A stretch of DNA of 64,000 nucleotides from NCBI GenBank assembly GCA_964571085.1, contig CAZMZT010000002.1:2784-66783 (forward strand), in the 5' to 3' direction. The notes beneath the pieces are model-generated. The model did no database searches. It was not told the DNA's origin and saw only the letters and a list, made by a program, of their open reading frames with translations. Source of the stretch: an uncultured Candidatus Saccharibacteria bacterium. GTDB taxonomy: Bacteria; Patescibacteriota; Minisyncoccia; Phycocordibacterales; UBA9973. Made by a program: the position numbers and the translations under genes. This document shows, one piece after another, positions 59,653 through 64,000 of the stretch (its first letter is position 1; each line of letters begins with the position of its first letter).

Positions 59653-60491
59653 TGCCAAAATATATCGATATACATTCTCATGTAAATTTCAAAGCATTCG
59701 ATGAAGATCGTGATGAGGTTATTAAAAGTGCCCTGGAGAACGATACTTGGGTTATCAATGTAGGCACACAAATCGATACCTCAAAGAAAGCAGTAGAAAT
59801 GGCAAACCAATATAAGGAAGGAGTGTACGCTATCATCGGCCTCCATCCGATACATACAGGTGCTTCGTACCACGACGAGAAGGAGCTTGGAGAAGGTGGC
59901 AAAGAGTTTACATCTCGTGGAGAGAACTTTGATAAAGATGCATACCGAGAACTTCTAAAAGACCCAAAAGTTGTCGGCATAGGGGAGTGTGGGCTTGATT
60001 ACTTTAGGCTCACAGAGGAATCTGTAGAGAAGCAAAAGAATGACTTCATAGCGCAGATAGAGCTTGCCAATGAGTTTAACAAACCTTTGATGCTCCATAT
60101 ACGCAACAACCCTGAGGACAAGTCTCACAATGCATATGCTGACGCTATTGAGATACTGAAAGCTTGCTCAAAGGTAAAAGGAGACGTGCATTTCTTTGCA
60201 GGAAGTGTTGAGGATGCCAAGGCATTTGTAGACTTCGGTTTTACTCTCTCATTTACAGGAGTTATCACTTTCGCTAGTAGTTATGATGAAGTTATAAAAG
60301 CCACACCACTTGATATGATAATGTCCGAGACTGATTCACCATACGTGACCCCAGCTCCTCATAGAGGCAAGCGCAACGAACCTGTCTATGTGTCTGAAGT
60401 AGTCAAAAAAATAGCTGAAATCAAGGGTTTACCAGAGGTAGAGGTAGCTCAAGCAATCTTAGCTAACGCCAAGCGAGTTTTTGACATGTAG
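59652..60491 (+). CDS. tatD: TatD family nuclease
   Basis: DIHSH, GLHP, IGECGLDY, ETDSPY. Confidence 0.93.
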   Translation: MPKYIDIHSHVNFKAFDEDRDEVIKSALENDTWVINVGTQIDTSKKAVEMANQYKEGVYAIIGLHPIHTGASYHDEKELGEGGKEFTSRGENFDKDAYRELLKDPKVVGIGECGLDYFRLTEESVEKQKNDFIAQIELANEFNKPLMLHIRNNPEDKSHNAYADAIEILKACSKVKGDVHFFAGSVEDAKAFVDFGFTLSFTGVITFASSYDEVIKATPLDMIMSETDSPYVTPAPHRGKRNEPVYVSEVVKKIAEIKGLPEVEVAQAILANAKRVFDM

Positions 60492-60512
60492 GCTTATTTC
60501 TGCTAATATAAC

Positions 60513-60611
60513 TCCACGTCTTACTTGTCCCGGCACTGAATCCGGTACACACAGGTCCATAGTAAAACGGTATTAAAAGTAACAATTATCGCGTTTTACG
60601 CGACTTAAACA
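60513..60611 (+). promoter_or_regulatory. Possible structured rpsF leader (S6:S18-type)
   Basis: About 100-nt leader with cttgtccc, ccgg-N8-ccgg hairpin and tcgcg-tttta-cgcga hairpin just before ATG. Confidence 0.35.
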
Positions 60612-61100
60612 ATGGCAAAAGAGAATATAGAGGTAGAAGGCGATGCTAAAGAAGCAAAGCAAAGTGTTTATGAGGTTGGCTACATAATGGTGCCAACAAT
60701 AGCAGAGGAGAACCTAGGTGGGGAAGTCACAGCATTCAAGGATGCATTGGGAGAGCAGGGAGTGTCTTTTATCTCTGATGAATACCCAAAGATGATGGAA
60801 CTAGCGTATGAGATGTCACGCTCCATTCAAAACAAGAAGCAGAAGTTCTCTTATGGATACTTCGGTTGGGTTAAATTTGAGTGTACAACAGCTCAAGCAA
60901 AAGTTATCAAAGAATGGCTCGACAAGAACGAGACACTTGTCCGTTATCTTATGATCAAGACAGTTCGTGAGAGCACTATGTCTAGTAAGCGTCCATACGG
61001 CAAGACTGATGGAGCAAAGCGCCGAACTAGAAGTGTAGAGGAAACAGGCCCAATCAATGAGGAAACTATTGATAAAGAAATAGATGCACTTGTAGTATAA
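60612..61100 (+). CDS. rpsF: 30S ribosomal protein S6
   Basis: YEVGYI, LAYEM, GYFGW, VRYLMIK; synteny with ssb-rpsR. Confidence 0.92.
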   Translation: MAKENIEVEGDAKEAKQSVYEVGYIMVPTIAEENLGGEVTAFKDALGEQGVSFISDEYPKMMELAYEMSRSIQNKKQKFSYGYFGWVKFECTTAQAKVIKEWLDKNETLVRYLMIKTVRESTMSSKRPYGKTDGAKRRTRSVEETGPINEETIDKEIDALVV

Positions 61101-61135
61101 TAGTGGTATTAGTAATATAACTAACTATTAAACAT

Positions 61136-61582
61136 ATGTATCTAAACAAAGCATTAATTATAGGGAACCTTACTCGCGACCCAGAGCTCAAGGCTATCCC
61201 GTCTGGGATCAAGGTTTGCAGTTTCTCTGTCGCTACCAATCGCGTCTGGAAAGACAAGAATGGTGCCAAGCAAGAAGCCGCTGACTACCACAATGTTGTA
61301 GTATTTGGTCGCCAAGCAGAGACAGTTGCTCAGTATATGAAGAAGGGTTCTCAGGTCATGGTAGAGGGTCGTATGCAGACACGAAGTTGGGATGATGCAG
61401 GAACTGGTACCAAGAAGTACCGTACTGAGATAATCGCTGACCGAGTACAGTTCGGAGGTGGAGCACCATCTGGCGGATCAAAATCATCACCTGCAGGTAC
61501 AGCTCCAAAGGAAGAAGATGATTCACTCGACACTATCGAGTACCCAGATGAGCAGATCAATGCCGAAGACATCCCGTTTTAA
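61136..61582 (+). CDS. ssb: Single-stranded DNA-binding protein
   Basis: LNKALIIGNLTRDPE, VEGRMQTRSW, C-terminal DIPF. Confidence 0.97.
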   Translation: MYLNKALIIGNLTRDPELKAIPSGIKVCSFSVATNRVWKDKNGAKQEAADYHNVVVFGRQAETVAQYMKKGSQVMVEGRMQTRSWDDAGTGTKKYRTEIIADRVQFGGGAPSGGSKSSPAGTAPKEEDDSLDTIEYPDEQINAEDIPF

Positions 61583-61607
61583 AATTATTAATTAGAAATT
61601 ATCAAAC

Positions 61608-61808
61608 ATGAAACAAGATTACTTTTCATCAAACAACATAAAGCATATCGACTACAAGGATGTAGAACTTCTACGAAGGTTCCTATCCCCAAGTGCTCGA
61701 ATGCTGGCTCGACGCCGTACAGACGTTACAGCCAAGAACCAGCGCAAGCTAGCAGAAGCTATCAAACGCGCTCGATTCATGGGACTACTACCATATATAG
61801 CTAAATAA
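61608..61808 (+). CDS. rpsR: 30S ribosomal protein S18
   Basis: [24 protein letters not shown]; no Zn-binding cysteines. Confidence 0.96.
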   Translation: MKQDYFSSNNIKHIDYKDVELLRRFLSPSARMLARRRTDVTAKNQRKLAEAIKRARFMGLLPYIAK

Positions 61809-61876
61809 CAATAATAAAAATACCCTTCGATTAGTTGGGTATTTTTATTTTAAAATTAAAGCTGTATAATAAGCAT

Positions 61877-62386
61877 ATGTATAAAAAAGGCTTTACCTTG
61901 TTAGAATTACTCATTGTCGTTTCTATTATAGGCATTTTGGCTGCCTTGATTTTGGCAAGTATCAATAATTCTAGAGGTAGAGCAAGAGATACAGCCATAA
62001 AACAGTCAGTCCTTGAAATGAAGAAGTTGCTAGAACTAGAGTTCCTTAATTCTGGGACTTATACCAATTTATTTACTGCAGTTACATGGCTACCATTTTA
62101 CGGGACCTGTAGCACTCAATTTTCTGGTAATTATGCAACAAATGCAAGGTCAATCTGTAATGACATAATAAGGAATTCTGAAGCTAATTCATGGGCTGAT
62201 GTTAGATTAAACATAAATTCAGGCCCTGTAACAAACTCTTATTCTATAGAAGCTTGGCTCCCAAATAAACAAGTTTACTTATGTGCTGGTAGTAACGGTC
62301 AGACTTCTGAGTCAACTACCGCATCCCAAGCTCAAGGAGGTTTCACTAACATGGCACCTGGTTGCCACACTCAAAATCCTTGGTAA
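61877..62386 (+). CDS. Type IV pilin-like protein
   Basis: KKG-FTLLELLIVVSIIGILA prepilin cleavage motif, ARDTAIK, paired Cys. Confidence 0.92.
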   Translation: MYKKGFTLLELLIVVSIIGILAALILASINNSRGRARDTAIKQSVLEMKKLLELEFLNSGTYTNLFTAVTWLPFYGTCSTQFSGNYATNARSICNDIIRNSEANSWADVRLNINSGPVTNSYSIEAWLPNKQVYLCAGSNGQTSESTTASQAQGGFTNMAPGCHTQNPW

Positions 62387-62402
62387 AGTTTACCAAGGAT
62401 TT

Positions 62403-63110
62403 TTATTTTAGGTTTAGTGATTTTAATAGTTCGTCGAGTTCTTTGCCTTTTATTTCTTCAAATGCCCCTAATGGGATTTTATTGAGCTCGATGTTCATTA
62501 TGCGGATACGTTTGAGGTCTACTACGTTGTGGTGAAGGGCCTCTGACATCCGACGGATCTGACGCTTCTTGCCTTCTGTGAGGATGATGTGGAATACATT
62601 GCTACTCTTTCTCCAGACTTTACATTTCTTACTGATGAAGCCATCAAACTTCACACCCGCACCCATCTTGGTAACAAATGCATCATTGAATGCTGGATCA
62701 ACTTTGACCACGTATTCCTTCTCATGGACGTATTTGGGGGATAGGAGACGGTCTGTTACACGACCGTCGTTGGTCATGAGTATGAGTCCATGTGAGTCTT
62801 TGTCGAGTCGACCGACAGGGAACACTCGCACAGGGAACTTTGTCGTCTGAAGGATATCTTTGCTTCCAGGGTCAGGGTTTGTCGATACCCCAGTTGCTTT
62901 ATTGTAAGCATAGTATACGTAGTTGTCTTTTGGAGCCTTCTTACTTACTTCTACTTTGTCTCCCTCTTGTACTTGGTCGCCTAGAACAGCCTTACGACCG
63001 TTTATAGTGACGAAGCCTTTTTTTATAAGTTCATCTGCTCCAGTACGGGTGGCGTAGTTGTGCAGTGCGAGGTATCTATTTATTCGTATTGGGTATAAGT
63101 TCTGGTCCAT
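62403..63110 (-). CDS. rRNA pseudouridine synthase (RsuA/RluB/RluF family)
   Basis: S4 domain RINRYLA...ADELI, VGRLDKDSHGL, LTEGKKRQIRRM. Confidence 0.93.
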   Translation of the reverse strand: MDQNLYPIRINRYLALHNYATRTGADELIKKGFVTINGRKAVLGDQVQEGDKVEVSKKAPKDNYVYYAYNKATGVSTNPDPGSKDILQTTKFPVRVFPVGRLDKDSHGLILMTNDGRVTDRLLSPKYVHEKEYVVKVDPAFNDAFVTKMGAGVKFDGFISKKCKVWRKSSNVFHIILTEGKKRQIRRMSEALHHNVVDLKRIRIMNIELNKIPLGAFEEIKGKELDELLKSLNLK

Positions 63111-64000
63111 GAGAGTGTTTAAGTTTGGTTACATAATAAAGTCCGGCGAGCACAAATATTGCAAGTATAGTAAATAAGCTTTTAAACGGAAGGAATATAA
63201 ATACAAGCGACCCAAGTAGTGGAGCTACCATGTATGCTACTGGGGTCATGTCACGAAATACTCCGAGTAGGTAGGCATCTTCTTCTCGGACATGAGTAAA
63301 GAAGTATATTTCTGAAGTTGCTTCAACGATACTTGCTCCTACGCGAGTAGTAAATAGCACTAGTGCCCAGAGGGCAACACTTGTGGTGCTAATATAAGCA
63401 ATAGAGAGGGTAGATATACTCATGATGACGAATCCTATTGCAAGCAAGGTACGCTTCTTTACGTGGTATTTATCTATAAGTATACCTACCGGTAAGCCAA
63501 ATATCACAAACGGCGCAAGCATGATAGTAAATACGACTCCTATCTGGTCCCATGTGAATCCTAAATGCTCTATGAGGTATATAGGCGTGTATACAACCAT
63601 CCATACAAAGAAGAACTGGAGTATGAAGTTGATAAGTGTTATTGCAAGCATGTGCTTGTTAGTTTTCAGATATCTATAAGTCTCTAAGAATGGCGTCTTT
63701 CTATATGATTTATCCCTAAACTTTCTTACAGACAACGATAGCCCTATAGTTGTGAGTGCGGTCACAAAGAATGCAATTGCATATATCGCTAGGTACCCAT
63801 CACCACTTCCTATGAGTAGGGCTGTGATAAGAGGTGACACCATCCATGCAAGGCTGATGATGGTTAAGTATAGACCCCTAGTTTTACCTATTGTCTTTGG
63901 ATCACCAAAATGTTCTATAAAAATGTCTATAGAGAATAATGTCAGTACGTTTGTTGTTATAAATGAAATGAAAGAAACAGCTATAACTCTAGGGTCGACA
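63076..64000 (-). CDS. MFS transporter (5' end outside window)
   Basis: Frame stays open from 63843 to the window edge; multiple TM helices, G.LIDKY..KR motif. Confidence 0.85.
   Translation of the reverse strand, partial: VDPRVIAVSFISFITTNVLTLFSIDIFIEHFGDPKTIGKTRGLYLTIISLAWMVSPLITALLIGSGDGYLAIYAIAFFVTALTTIGLSLSVRKFRDKSYRKTPFLETYRYLKTNKHMLAITLINFILQFFFVWMVVYTPIYLIEHLGFTWDQIGVVFTIMLAPFVIFGLPVGILIDKYHVKKRTLLAIGFVIMSISTLSIAYISTTSVALWALVLFTTRVGASIVEATSEIYFFTHVREEDAYLLGVFRDMTPVAYMVAPLLGSLVFIFLPFKSLFTILAIFVLAGLYYVTKLKHSHGPELIPNTNK

Noticed and set aside
3979-63679. Numerous 60-170 aa antisense or overlapping ORFs inside long genes
   Set aside because: No motifs; explained as antisense shadows of well-supported CDSs

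Overview
Low-GC bacterial chromosome segment. Gene content and style suggest Patescibacteria/CPR (Parcubacteria-like); this is inference, not a phylogenetic result. The left part (1889-23491) is a tandem array of related integrative elements at the 3' end of a tRNA-Gln(CTG) gene, delimited by three ungapped 48-bp att-like repeats ending in the tRNA-like core CAGC(C/A)A. Element 1 (about 15 kb, intact) carries a C-protein-like HTH, a PLD-nuclease/SF2 helicase plus adenine-MTase R-M-like pair, a large serine recombinase, large and probable small terminase subunits, a ParB-MTase, a winged-helix gene divergent from a LexA-like repressor, and a TIR / TM-macro / TIR Thoeris type II-like cassette. 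It has no recognisable capsid, portal, tail or replication genes. Element 2 keeps a CsoR-regulated copper-resistance operon and only a 3' remnant of the recombinase. Element 3 is an 831-bp remnant with one gene. The rest is accessory small genes, secreted/surface proteins, a thymidylate/dNTP-sanitation cluster (dCMP deaminase, folA, thyA, glyA, tmk, dut), argS, T-box-controlled ileS with an inserted histidine-phosphatase domain, recO, glyQS, metG, tatD, rpsF-ssb-rpsR, a pilin, a pseudouridine synthase and a partial MFS gene. Many genes have a -10 box exactly 6 nt before the ATG (probably leaderless). All calls come from reading motifs by eye; no database searches were run.
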